Positions 44,903-52,801 of a DNA stretch of 64,000 nucleotides are shown here, piece after piece. Origin of the DNA: a virus. Its lineage: Duplodnaviria; Caudoviricetes. A program made the translations under genes and the position numbers. The notes under the pieces were generated by a model. The model saw only the letters and a program-made list of their open reading frames with translations. It was not told where the DNA came from and made no database searches. The first letter of the stretch is position 1, and every line of letters begins with the position of its first letter. The stretch is taken from IMG/VR virus record IMGVR_UViG_3300043450_000376. One strand, written 5' to 3'.

Positions 44903-44906
44903 GCAT

Positions 44907-44981
44907 GCTTTCTTAGCTCAGTTGGTTTAGAGCATCTCGTTTACACCGAGAGGGTCGTAGGTTCGAATCCTACAGAAAGTA
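44907..44981 (+). tRNA. tRNA-Val(TAC)
   Basis: Loop TTTACAC. Confidence 0.95.
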
Positions 44982-45012
44982 CATAGTATAATTAAATTAG
45001 TATAATAACTGT

Positions 45013-45684
45013 ATGAGAAACGAATTTGAAAAATACGCGATGAGTAAGCATGGCATTTCTTCACTGAATATGCACTACCATCAAAAACAGATTGAGTCGT
45101 CAATGACTCCTTATATTTTAGAAGAGCGCGAATTACGTGCAACTCAAATGGATATTTTTTCCAGATTAATGATGGAAAGATTAATTTGGGTAGCCGGGCC
45201 AGTCAACGATCATATGTCGACTATTGTTCAAGCTCAGCTAATGTTTTTGGATTCAGTTGATGGATTAGATATTACAATGCATATTGATAGTCCAGGCGGA
45301 AGCGTTAAGAGTGGTCTTTCAATGGTAGATGTAATGGACTATATTAACTGCGATATCAAAACAGTTAATACTGGAATGGCTGCATCAATGGGATCAGTGT
45401 TGTTAGGAGCAGGAACAAAAGGAAAGCGCTCCTCACTAAAACACTCAACTACAATGTTGCATCAGTCTTCAGGCGGTTTTAGCGGAAATATCCAAGATGC
45501 TGAAATCGATATGCAAGAGTGGCAAAAGGTAAATGCTGAGTTGTTTGTTTTACTAGGTGGATATTGTGATAAAGATCCAGAACAGGTAAAACGGGATGCA
45601 ACTCGAGACTTTTGGTTAAATGCAGAAGAGGCCAAGGCATATGGAATTATTGATGAAGTAATTACAAAAAAGCCTAGAAAATAA
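45013..45684 (+). CDS. clpP: ATP-dependent Clp protease proteolytic subunit
   Basis: MDIFSRL, IDSPGGSV, GMAASMGSVLL, MLHQ, RDFWLNAEEAKAYGIID. Confidence 0.95.
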   Translation: MRNEFEKYAMSKHGISSLNMHYHQKQIESSMTPYILEERELRATQMDIFSRLMMERLIWVAGPVNDHMSTIVQAQLMFLDSVDGLDITMHIDSPGGSVKSGLSMVDVMDYINCDIKTVNTGMAASMGSVLLGAGTKGKRSSLKHSTTMLHQSSGGFSGNIQDAEIDMQEWQKVNAELFVLLGGYCDKDPEQVKRDATRDFWLNAEEAKAYGIIDEVITKKPRK

Positions 45685-45689
45685 TAATT

Positions 45690-45771
45690 GGGAGTATCGC
45701 ATAGCGGCAATTGCCAGGGACTGTAAATCCCTCCTCATTCGAGTTCGGTGGTTCGAGTCCACCTGCTCCCA
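45690..45771 (+). tRNA. tRNA-Tyr(GTA)
   Basis: Loop CTGTAAA, long variable arm. Confidence 0.95.
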
Positions 45772-45777
45772 CAAAAA

Positions 45778-45799
45778 GGTCTTTGACATATTGGAAAGT
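45778..45799 (+). promoter_or_regulatory. rrn-type boxA element, second copy
   Basis: GGTCTTTGACATATTGGAAAGT, near-identical to 43379. Confidence 0.7.
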
Positions 45800-45803
45800 A
45801 CAC

Positions 45804-45874
45804 TGTCCTGTGGTGTAAAGGCAGCACATCTGGTTTTGGTCCAGATAATCGAGGTTCGAATCCTTGCGGGACAA
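45804..45874 (+). tRNA. tRNA-Gln(TTG)
   Basis: Loop TTTTGGT. Confidence 0.93.
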
Positions 45875-45882
45875 CATGGGGC

Positions 45883-45986
45883 TTGTGGAAGTCCAAGAGT
45901 AGGCAAGTAGCTTATATCCACAATGGTGAAGAGAACCCTTAGTTTATAGATGGTTACTATAAATCAAGTAGACGTCACACTTCACC
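45883..45986 (+). ncRNA. candidate two-domain structured ncRNA
   Basis: Three 7-bp perfect helices. Confidence 0.45.
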
Positions 45987-45991
45987 TATTT

Positions 45992-46064
45992 GCCTCCTTA
46001 GCTCAGCTGGTAGAGCAACTGATTTGTAATCAGTAGGTCGTTGGTTCGATTCCGACAGGAGGCT
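45992..46064 (+). tRNA. tRNA-Thr(TGT)
   Basis: Loop TTTGTAA. Confidence 0.95.
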
Positions 46065-46129
46065 CAATACAATTATTAACCTGTTTATAGTATAATAACT
46101 ATAATTAATAATTTAAATAAAGTATACCT

Positions 46130-46303
46130 ATGCAAACATTAGCACAAATCCAAGCAACACTTGACGCGGTTCAAGCAGATGCAGTAAAGTTTTTCGAAAG
46201 CGGAAACAAATCAGCTGGAACGAGAGTTCGTAAAGCCATGCAAACTATCAAAAGTCTAGCACAAGATGTTAGAGCTGAAGTTTCGGCTAAGAACAACGCT
46301 TAA
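46130..46303 (+). CDS. Hc1-family histone H1-like protein (57 aa)
   Basis: Manual translation MQTLAQIQATLDAVQADAVKFFESGNKSAGTRVRKAMQTIKSLAQDVRAEV. Confidence 0.8.
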   Translation: MQTLAQIQATLDAVQADAVKFFESGNKSAGTRVRKAMQTIKSLAQDVRAEVSAKNNA

Positions 46304-46369
46304 CCTATTGAATTTTTTAAAATTCAACTAAGTCTACTCCGGTCGAGACTATAAATAAGGATCGGAGAT

Positions 46370-46443
46370 GGGGGTGTAGCTCAGTTGGCTAGAGCATCTG
46401 CCTTGCACGCAGAGGGTCGCAGGTTCGATTCCTGTCACCTCCA
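46370..46443 (+). tRNA. tRNA-Ala(TGC)
   Basis: Loop CTTGCAC; G3:U70. Confidence 0.95.
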
Positions 46444-46445
46444 CT

Positions 46446-46633
46446 ACAAATCTTACATAAGACGGGTTAGCACCGTTGAAAGAGACCTTGGCTTCGTGGG
46501 AGTAATTACCCAATGAAGTATACATGACCCAAGGTATTATGTGATGGACCCTGCTCTGTAGTGCACTTACACCAGGTGAACAGTAAACTATGTTCAATCA
46601 AATCCACAAGCATGGTGAGCATGCAAGATTTGT
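46446..46633 (+). ncRNA. candidate multibranched ~190-nt ncRNA
   Basis: 9-bp closing stem plus about nine internal helices. Confidence 0.65.
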
Positions 46634-46638
46634 TTTTT

Positions 46639-46710
46639 GGCCCCATCGTCTATCGGTTAGGACGCCAGGTTTTCATCCTGGAAAGTCGGGTTCGACTCCC
46701 GGTGGGGCTA
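46639..46710 (+). tRNA. tRNA-Glu(TTC)
   Basis: Loop TTTTCAT. Confidence 0.95.
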
Positions 46711-46717
46711 CACAATT

Positions 46718-46789
46718 GGTCCTGTAGTTAATCGGCTATAACGCCGCCCTGTCACGGCGGTATGCCGGGTTCGATTCCCGGTGGGACCG
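46718..46789 (+). tRNA. tRNA-Asp(GTC)
   Basis: Loop CTGTCAC, G73. Confidence 0.95.
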
Positions 46790-46794
46790 CAACT

Positions 46795-46895
46795 AGTTAG
46801 GAGTCCATTGGTTGGAGGCACCTCCCCAAGGTTGAGTACAGTTAGGCTGACTCTTTATGGCAAAGCTGGAATAGGTTCGAATCCTGTCCTGACTA
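46795..46895 (+). tRNA. atypical tRNA-like RNA with enlarged D domain (possible TAG anticodon)
   Basis: Acceptor AGTTAGG/CCTGACT, T arm ATAGG-TTCGAAT-CCTGT, bulged anticodon-like stem. Confidence 0.55.
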
Positions 46896-46975
46896 CAACA
46901 GTGTCTCGGTACGCTCTGACGAAAGTTAACGACGAGGTCCCGGCAGGCAGAAGGCCTCTGATCCTGCCCAAAGCT

Positions 46976-47047
46976 GCGAATATCGTATAGTGGTTATTAC
47001 TCCATCCTTCCAAGTTGGAGACGACAGTTCGATTCTGTCTATTCGCT
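46976..47047 (+). tRNA. tRNA-Gly(TCC)
   Basis: Loop CTTCCAA, U73. Confidence 0.92.
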
Positions 47048-47102
47048 CAAAAAGTTTTTAGGTATATTAAAAACTATTATTAACTAAGTAATACAATAAA
47101 AC

Positions 47103-47531
47103 ATGAATATCACAAAAGCACTTAAACAGAAAAACAAATTAGTTTCAAAAACTAATGAGTACATTTCGCATGTTTCGGCGTACAACTCGATTCAAGAAGG
47201 AACTACACGTCCTTATGATGCAAGAGAAGCGTTGGAAAAAGCAATGGCGTCGGTTGATGAATTAGTTGCCCTAAAAACAGCTATTCACAAAGCTAACTCA
47301 AAGGTTTATGATAAAATCTTTAAATTGGCTGAACTAAAATCTTTGGTTTCTAAATTGAAAAGTTTGGATTGCAAAGAAGGAATGCACCAATCATATCGAA
47401 TGGATGCTCCAGTAAAATACACTACACAAATCTCAATTGTTGAGAAAGACCAGTGGATTGAAAAATTGGAGTCTCAAATCGAGATGTTGCAAGAGGAGTT
47501 AGAAGCTCACAATGCAAAAACCAAAATTTAA
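47103..47531 (+). CDS. coiled-coil protein resembling the DIP1984/DUF6847 family
   Basis: MNITKALKQKNKL...LVALKTAIHKAN...IFKLAELKSL...IEMLQEELEAHNAKTKI. Confidence 0.65.
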   Translation: MNITKALKQKNKLVSKTNEYISHVSAYNSIQEGTTRPYDAREALEKAMASVDELVALKTAIHKANSKVYDKIFKLAELKSLVSKLKSLDCKEGMHQSYRMDAPVKYTTQISIVEKDQWIEKLESQIEMLQEELEAHNAKTKI

Positions 47532-47536
47532 AATAT

Positions 47537-47730
47537 AGGGGAGAGAAAAGAGTGAAGGGGGATCGGTAGCAACAAATGGCCACAAGCTATTTCTTACATA
47601 CTAGCTATCCAATCGATGTTAAGACGAAGACACTGAATTCAAAGTTCAAGATTCAAGTAATTCAAAAATGGGCAAGTCAAAACACAACAATCTTTCAGCG
47701 AAAATTTTTTCGGATCTCTTTTCAAACCCT
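47537..47730 (+). ncRNA. candidate structured RNA with tandem TTCAA repeats, downstream of the DIP1984-like gene
   Basis: Ends pair (AGGG/CCCT, GAAAAGAG/CTCTTTTC) and are followed by a T-run. Confidence 0.5.
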
Positions 47731-47802
47731 TAATTTTTTTTTTACTTTTATTAAACCGATATAGAATAAAGTAGGTATAATAAATAAGTAAACACAAAAT
47801 AA

Positions 47803-47812
47803 GTTCTTTGAA
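47803..47812 (+). promoter_or_regulatory. boxA-like element before the large ncRNA
   Basis: GTTCTTTGAA downstream of promoter-like TAGGTATAAT. Confidence 0.6.
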
Positions 47813-47822
47813 TTTTATTGAT

Positions 47823-48672
47823 ATATGTAGCCTAGCTTGCTAGGTTGCAACACGGTCGCCTATGATCGTTAAATAAATCTGGAAACAGATATAAAGTGGA
47901 GCTATAAGACTTATCGGCTCTGCGGTTTCGCAAGGAACTCAAGTAGGCAAGCAGGATATCAGAAGTCCTGAGTATCTGAGGGTAACACTGTAGGAGAAAT
48001 GGAATGCTGACTAGGCGATGTGGGTCGTTTAGTTGAGAGGGGAACCTCAATAAGATTAACCTGTAGGATATTTGCAAGGAGTGGACTCATCCGACTCCAT
48101 GATTGCGAACTCCAATTTAATGGGAACCTTAAAGTCGAAAGACAAGTTGGTGTACAGACGGTGCTGTTACTAACCTTATCATCAGTCTACCAAGGCTGCA
48201 GTTAAGAGGAATCCGGAAAAATTGAGGTAGGGATATCTCAGAGAGTAGTTAAGTATCGACCCTGACAAAATCGGGGTTGGCCTAATGACGAGCCACTACT
48301 TTCATAATCCACAGAGTCAAAAACTTTGGAATAAAGTTCTATTGGTGAATAACTAATCCAACCCAAAAAACAAAGCTTAAGCGCTCGTCAGCTGCGAACG
48401 AAAGGTGCCTACCTAGTAACTGGTTGTCAGTTGCCGTAGAGGATCGCAAGTCCAATACGAGTTCTCAGAAAAATCTATAGCCTCGCAAGGGTTAACGGGA
48501 TCGGCAGATTCTGGTAGATATAATATGAGGAGAGTAGTTCAAACCCGCAGCTCAAGGAGTGGTACACCTAAAAAACCGGCACTGTTAGAATAGAGATCAA
48601 AAGTCTCTGGATAAGTAGGGAAACAATAATCCTATGTAAAGATCTAACGTTAAAACGTATAATCTCAGCGTT
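47823..48672 (+). ncRNA. large structured ncRNA, GOLLD-like
   Basis: About 850 nt without a credible ORF, between tRNA genes; many hairpins and GNRA/GCAA loops; duplicated GAGAGTAGTT; 3' end GGGAAACAATAATCC...AATCTCAGCG plus T-run, matching my recollection of GOLLD. Confidence 0.7.
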
Positions 48673-48711
48673 TTTTTACTTTCCAACAATCACATCTTGA
48701 AAATATTATAT

Positions 48712-48784
<73 letters not shown>

Positions 48785-48794
48785 CTAAAAAGAA

Positions 48795-48817
48795 AAAGCC
48801 GCAATTAGCGGCTTTCT
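48795..48817. terminator. bidirectional terminator between convergent units
   Basis: AAAGCCGC/GCGGCTTT. Confidence 0.75.
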
Positions 48818-48840
48818 GTGTTTATCTAGTTTATTATAAG

Positions 48841-49782
48841 TTATGCAATAGTTGATGCATAGTCTAGTGCTCTTGCATAACCTCTTGCACTATGGCCGGC
48901 ACGAATATCTGTACCCCATCCAGCATTGGCTTGAACATAGTCAGTAACAGCAGATTCTAAATTATTGTAGGAGTTTAGGTCTTTACCCTTTCCTTTAAAA
49001 CTATTAATAAAGTACAACATTGCAAATTCAGCTGCAATATTTGGATCTTCTAGTAATTCAGGTTCCTCAACAATATTAATTTCAGTACCAGCTTTAAGCT
49101 TACCCATTTTATCAAATAGGTCTTGCAGTTTTTTATAGTTAGCCTTAAATGTTATTTGGTTAAATCCACGACCTCTATATCTAGCCCCATCGCCAGGTTG
49201 AGTATTGCCGTATTTTACACCACGACCAGTTGGATCGTCTACTCCATATACTCTATCCCAAAATTTAGTAGGCTCTTCTTTTAGTGCAGTAAGTTGACTA
49301 TCGGAAAGATCTGCTACTCTTGCACCATATACTTCTCTGATTCTTGAATTTGAAGTATTACTATAGTCCCCTTCTGGAGTTAAGTTTGAACTTTCTTTTG
49401 AAATTACACCAAGAATTGCTTTTCTTGCAAAGTCATTTGTAATTCCATGTCTTTCCATTGCAGCCTCAAGCGCTAAGACGTTTTCTGCTGGAATTTTCTT
49501 GTCAAACTTTTTAAATTTAGTAGACGACTTAGCAGAATCTGATTTAGATTTTTCTTTATCATCAGCTTTAGTATCAGTCTTTATACCTAGGGCAGAAGCA
49601 GTCTTATCTATAACTGCAGCTGCGGTTGATCCAGGTTCTGCAATTGAAGTTACTGAACTTGGTGCAGGCTCAACTGCCTTTCCGGTAAATGCCGATGTTG
49701 CAAGATCGCCAATCCATCCTAAAAATGAAGTGTCTTCATTTAATCTTTGCCATGACTTAAAGTCTCTAATGTTTTGTCCCAT
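48841..49782 (-). CDS. GH19 (chitinase-like) peptidoglycan hydrolase with capsid-targeting-like N-terminus
   Basis: GDGARYRGRGFNQIT..ANY; MGQNIRDFKSWQRLNE; AGATAAATA at 49806-49814 (minus). Confidence 0.8.
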   Translation of the reverse strand: MGQNIRDFKSWQRLNEDTSFLGWIGDLATSAFTGKAVEPAPSSVTSIAEPGSTAAAVIDKTASALGIKTDTKADDKEKSKSDSAKSSTKFKKFDKKIPAENVLALEAAMERHGITNDFARKAILGVISKESSNLTPEGDYSNTSNSRIREVYGARVADLSDSQLTALKEEPTKFWDRVYGVDDPTGRGVKYGNTQPGDGARYRGRGFNQITFKANYKKLQDLFDKMGKLKAGTEINIVEEPELLEDPNIAAEFAMLYFINSFKGKGKDLNSYNNLESAVTDYVQANAGWGTDIRAGHSARGYARALDYASTIA

Positions 49783-49860
49783 TAATAATTAGTTATTTCT
49801 ATAAATATTTATCTAAGGAAGATAACCCAGTTAACAAACGTAGTATAATAACTTAGTTAT

Positions 49861-49949
49861 GCCGACGTGATGAAACAGGTAGACATGAGAGACTTAAAAT
49901 CTCTTGGGCAGTAATGCCCGTGCCGGTTCGATTCCGGCCGTCGGTACCA
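49861..49949 (+). tRNA. tRNA-Leu(TAA)
   Basis: Loop CTTAAAA, long variable arm, encoded CCA. Confidence 0.95.
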
Positions 49950-49966
49950 AAAATAACCTCAACTAA

Positions 49967-50254
49967 ATGTCAGAGGAGCTTACTAAAGAAGAGCGAGGAA
50001 AAATCCTTGCTGAAATGATGCGATTAGACCAAGAGGCTGGTTTATATGATGAACCGGTTGAAAATCCACTAGTCAAAGAAAAATTAAAGGACACTAATTA
50101 TTATAAATTTGCTGGCACTACGCCAGACGGATTTGTCCTGATTCCAACCGAAGTTATCGATATGCTAGATGATTTTGAAGAGTGGAAGGATTTTAAATAT
50201 AGAAAGTTTGAATGGATAGAAGAAAAATCCAAACAGGTTTTAAGAGTAAAATAA
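49967..50254 (+). CDS. hypothetical protein
   Basis: ORF track. Confidence 0.7.
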   Translation: MSEELTKEERGKILAEMMRLDQEAGLYDEPVENPLVKEKLKDTNYYKFAGTTPDGFVLIPTEVIDMLDDFEEWKDFKYRKFEWIEEKSKQVLRVK

Positions 50255-50267
50255 AATAAAGAAAACG

Positions 50268-50540
50268 ATGATTAATGTAATTTATTTCTCAGCGCCATGG
50301 TGTGGACCATGTAGAACATTTGGTCCAGTTATGGAAAAAGTAGCTGAACAGTTTAACGAAAACGATTTAGTTGAAATCACTAAAGTAAATGCGGATGAAG
50401 ATCCAGATACAGCAGCCCTACATGGAATTAGATCAATTCCTGCCCTGGTATACTTAAAGGCAGGCGAAACTGTACACCAATCGGTTGGCGTAAAATCCCA
50501 AGCAGATATTATTGAAAAAATTAATGAGCTATTAGCTTAA
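50268..50540 (+). CDS. trxA: thioredoxin
   Basis: WCGPC active site. Confidence 0.93.
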   Translation: MINVIYFSAPWCGPCRTFGPVMEKVAEQFNENDLVEITKVNADEDPDTAALHGIRSIPALVYLKAGETVHQSVGVKSQADIIEKINELLA

Positions 50541-50546
50541 TAAATT

Positions 50547-51611
50547 ATGAATGAACCTATATTAGGAGTACATGCATTCTACTCAGGAGATGTAGATGAA
50601 GGAATATTTAAATCAGTTAATTTACTATGTCAATTAACGTCAGCTCTGTATTGGAGAAAAAACTTTGGCCCAATTGGTCTCTATATTAGTCCCGAACGAG
50701 AGGCTCAGCTATTTCACTATGGTCTGCACAATGCCTATTCGTTTGTTGATACTATCCACCATGAACAGGTGTTAATGCGAAGTGATGATAGATTTTGGGC
50801 ATATCCTAAAATGCTAATTGCAAAACACGTTTCACTAGACTTTAATAAATTTTGCATGATCGATACCGATCTCTATATTAAATCTAGAGATTTTTTTAAT
50901 ATTGATGCACAAATATTAACTTTCCATGGTGAAATAACCGATGCTGACAAATATCCAGAAGTTGGTTATGTAAATGGCGATGACCTATACAAAGTTGCAG
51001 AGTTAGAGAGTCCAGTTGAAAAATGGTCGCCTAGAGCAGTTAACACGGCAATGCTGTATTGTAATGGAGCTAGCGAATTTATCCATGAGTGGATGTATCA
51101 TGCAGAAATGATCGTTGAAAATAGCGATAAGTGGAAACCTATTATTGGAGCAGGCGATCAGATTTTTATAGAACAATACCTATTGTCTAATTTAGCTGAA
51201 GCCCGAGGAATTAATATTGAAACTTATCTTAAATCAGACTGGATTCCTGGCAAAAAGATTAATGTGACCCACCTAGATCCAGAAATGGAAGGTTGGATTC
51301 ACACCGAACCTCTTGATACAGTTAAACAGAAATTTAATAATGTTTTACATATATGGGGTCTAAAGCATAACTTAAATTATGCAATCGTTAGGCTTCAACT
51401 TTTAGGTAAAATTCTTGAAGATTTAGATAGAGATTTTCCAGGAATTGACCAGTCATATCCAGTTCTGTTAGCTGAGGCTAGGGAATTGTACAAAGACCAA
51501 ACTGACTATAATCTAGGTATATTGACTAAAGATACACCTAAACAAATAAAGAATGGAAAATCAAAAAAACTTCGCCCAACACCTAACAGAAAAAGCAACA
51601 GCCCTTCTTAA
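50547..51611 (+). CDS. DUF6734-like / nucleotide-diphospho-sugar transferase-like protein
   Basis: FWAYPKM...FCMIDTD (DxD), NTAML..G, IFIEQYLL, HIWG. Confidence 0.55.
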   Translation: MNEPILGVHAFYSGDVDEGIFKSVNLLCQLTSALYWRKNFGPIGLYISPEREAQLFHYGLHNAYSFVDTIHHEQVLMRSDDRFWAYPKMLIAKHVSLDFNKFCMIDTDLYIKSRDFFNIDAQILTFHGEITDADKYPEVGYVNGDDLYKVAELESPVEKWSPRAVNTAMLYCNGASEFIHEWMYHAEMIVENSDKWKPIIGAGDQIFIEQYLLSNLAEARGINIETYLKSDWIPGKKINVTHLDPEMEGWIHTEPLDTVKQKFNNVLHIWGLKHNLNYAIVRLQLLGKILEDLDRDFPGIDQSYPVLLAEARELYKDQTDYNLGILTKDTPKQIKNGKSKKLRPTPNRKSNSPS

Positions 51612-51882
51612 AAGAATTGGAACAGTTGCAGTTTTAGCCAGTGCACTAATCGCAGGATTTTGTATTGGTTATTATTACGAATTAGCCTTAAACAAAGTTA
51701 AAGGTGAAGCTTGGAGAGAAGCTAGATCTCTTAAAAGTACGTCGATTGCAGTAAATGAAAAGGAAGAGCTATTGATTATCGATAGAAAGACTGGAGTTTA
51801 TACAATTTACTCAGACTCAATCGGACGTGTTATTTTTAACATATATGCACAAAAAGCATATGTAAATGCTACTGGCCACTAA
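51553..51882 (+). CDS. single-TM hypothetical protein
   Basis: ORF track; hydrophobic helix. Confidence 0.65.
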   Translation: MENQKNFAQHLTEKATALLKRIGTVAVLASALIAGFCIGYYYELALNKVKGEAWREARSLKSTSIAVNEKEELLIIDRKTGVYTIYSDSIGRVIFNIYAQKAYVNATGH

Positions 51883-51892
51883 AATTAAAATT

Positions 51893-52393
51893 ATGGGAGT
51901 AAATTCATTTAAAACTCTCATTGTATTGGCTGGAATATTAGCATTTGGTTTTCTTTGGAGACTATTTAATACTGAACCAACTAAAGAGCTAAGCAGCGGA
52001 ACAATCAATGAGAAGTCACCGCCAAGTTTAGCTCTTTATTATTATCTAGAGAAATATTCAGATGAATATAATGTTCCATTCCATATTGCAATGGGAGTGG
52101 CAAGGGAAGAAACAGGTTACCATGGTCCATTTGATTGGAAATACAATCCAAAGCTAACTTCATCTGCTGCAGCGTATGGTGCAATGCAGATACAGGTACC
52201 AACTGCAAATTTTATTTGGGATGAGCCGATAACCAAGAAACAATTACTAAATAACCTTGAACTAAATGTTCAAATTTCAATGAAACTTTTGGCATATCTG
52301 TATAAAAGATATGATAGTTGGCCATTGGCGGTTGGCTGTTATAATACAGGTAGACCAATGGTTAACGATTACGCTAGACGTATAGTTAAATAA
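51893..52393 (+). CDS. lytic transglycosylase (SLT domain) with N-terminal anchor
   Basis: Catalytic E in AREETG; SSAAAYGAMQI; LAVGCYNTG. Confidence 0.88.
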   Translation: MGVNSFKTLIVLAGILAFGFLWRLFNTEPTKELSSGTINEKSPPSLALYYYLEKYSDEYNVPFHIAMGVAREETGYHGPFDWKYNPKLTSSAAAYGAMQIQVPTANFIWDEPITKKQLLNNLELNVQISMKLLAYLYKRYDSWPLAVGCYNTGRPMVNDYARRIVK

Positions 52394-52541
52394 AATAAAG
52401 CAACATGGAAAACTGGGATCCGAACGAATATCAAGGTCGTAGCAAAAAACAAGTTGAAGGCAATGAATCAATAGTGACAGCCGTATTATTTACTGGTGCA
52501 GTTATTGCAATAATTGTCATTACAATCAAAATACTATTTTA

Positions 52542-52781
52542 ATGAAAGAAAACTCTAAAGAAAAACTGCACTCAATCCTAAACCTTATATTCTATGTAAT
52601 GGTGGTGGTAAATTTTATTTTTCCAATCTCACTAGTAACTCTATGTACTATTGCGCTAGACCACTTGGAAAATGTACACTGGTCAATTTATTGGGCTATT
52701 AGAGTTTCGCTGTGTCTTGCAGTTGTAGAAACCTGTGCCCAGCTAATCCGAACTGTGAAACTTTTTAAAAATAAGAAGTAA
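52542..52781 (+). CDS. two-TM membrane protein
   Basis: Two hydrophobic helices. Confidence 0.6.
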   Translation: MKENSKEKLHSILNLIFYVMVVVNFIFPISLVTLCTIALDHLENVHWSIYWAIRVSLCLAVVETCAQLIRTVKLFKNKK

Positions 52782-52801
52782 ATAATATTGAAGAAGAGAG
52801 A

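Noticed and set aside
46916-46940. Hammerhead ribozyme (CTGACGA core-like)
   Set aside because: The GAAA overlaps the CUGANGA box instead of following a stem II, and no stem I/III with an NUH site can be built.
43480-46990. ORF-track entries overlapping tRNA genes (43480, 44595, 44927, 45616, 45674, 46349, 46781; also 58192, 59292, 63291, 63399)
   Set aside because: Shadow frames produced by tRNA sequences (GFEP/GSNP-type translations); no independent coding signal.
47576-48205. ORFs 47576-47764, 47832-48077(-) and 48020-48205
   Set aside because: Atypical composition and weak starts, lying within structured RNA candidates; treated as non-coding.
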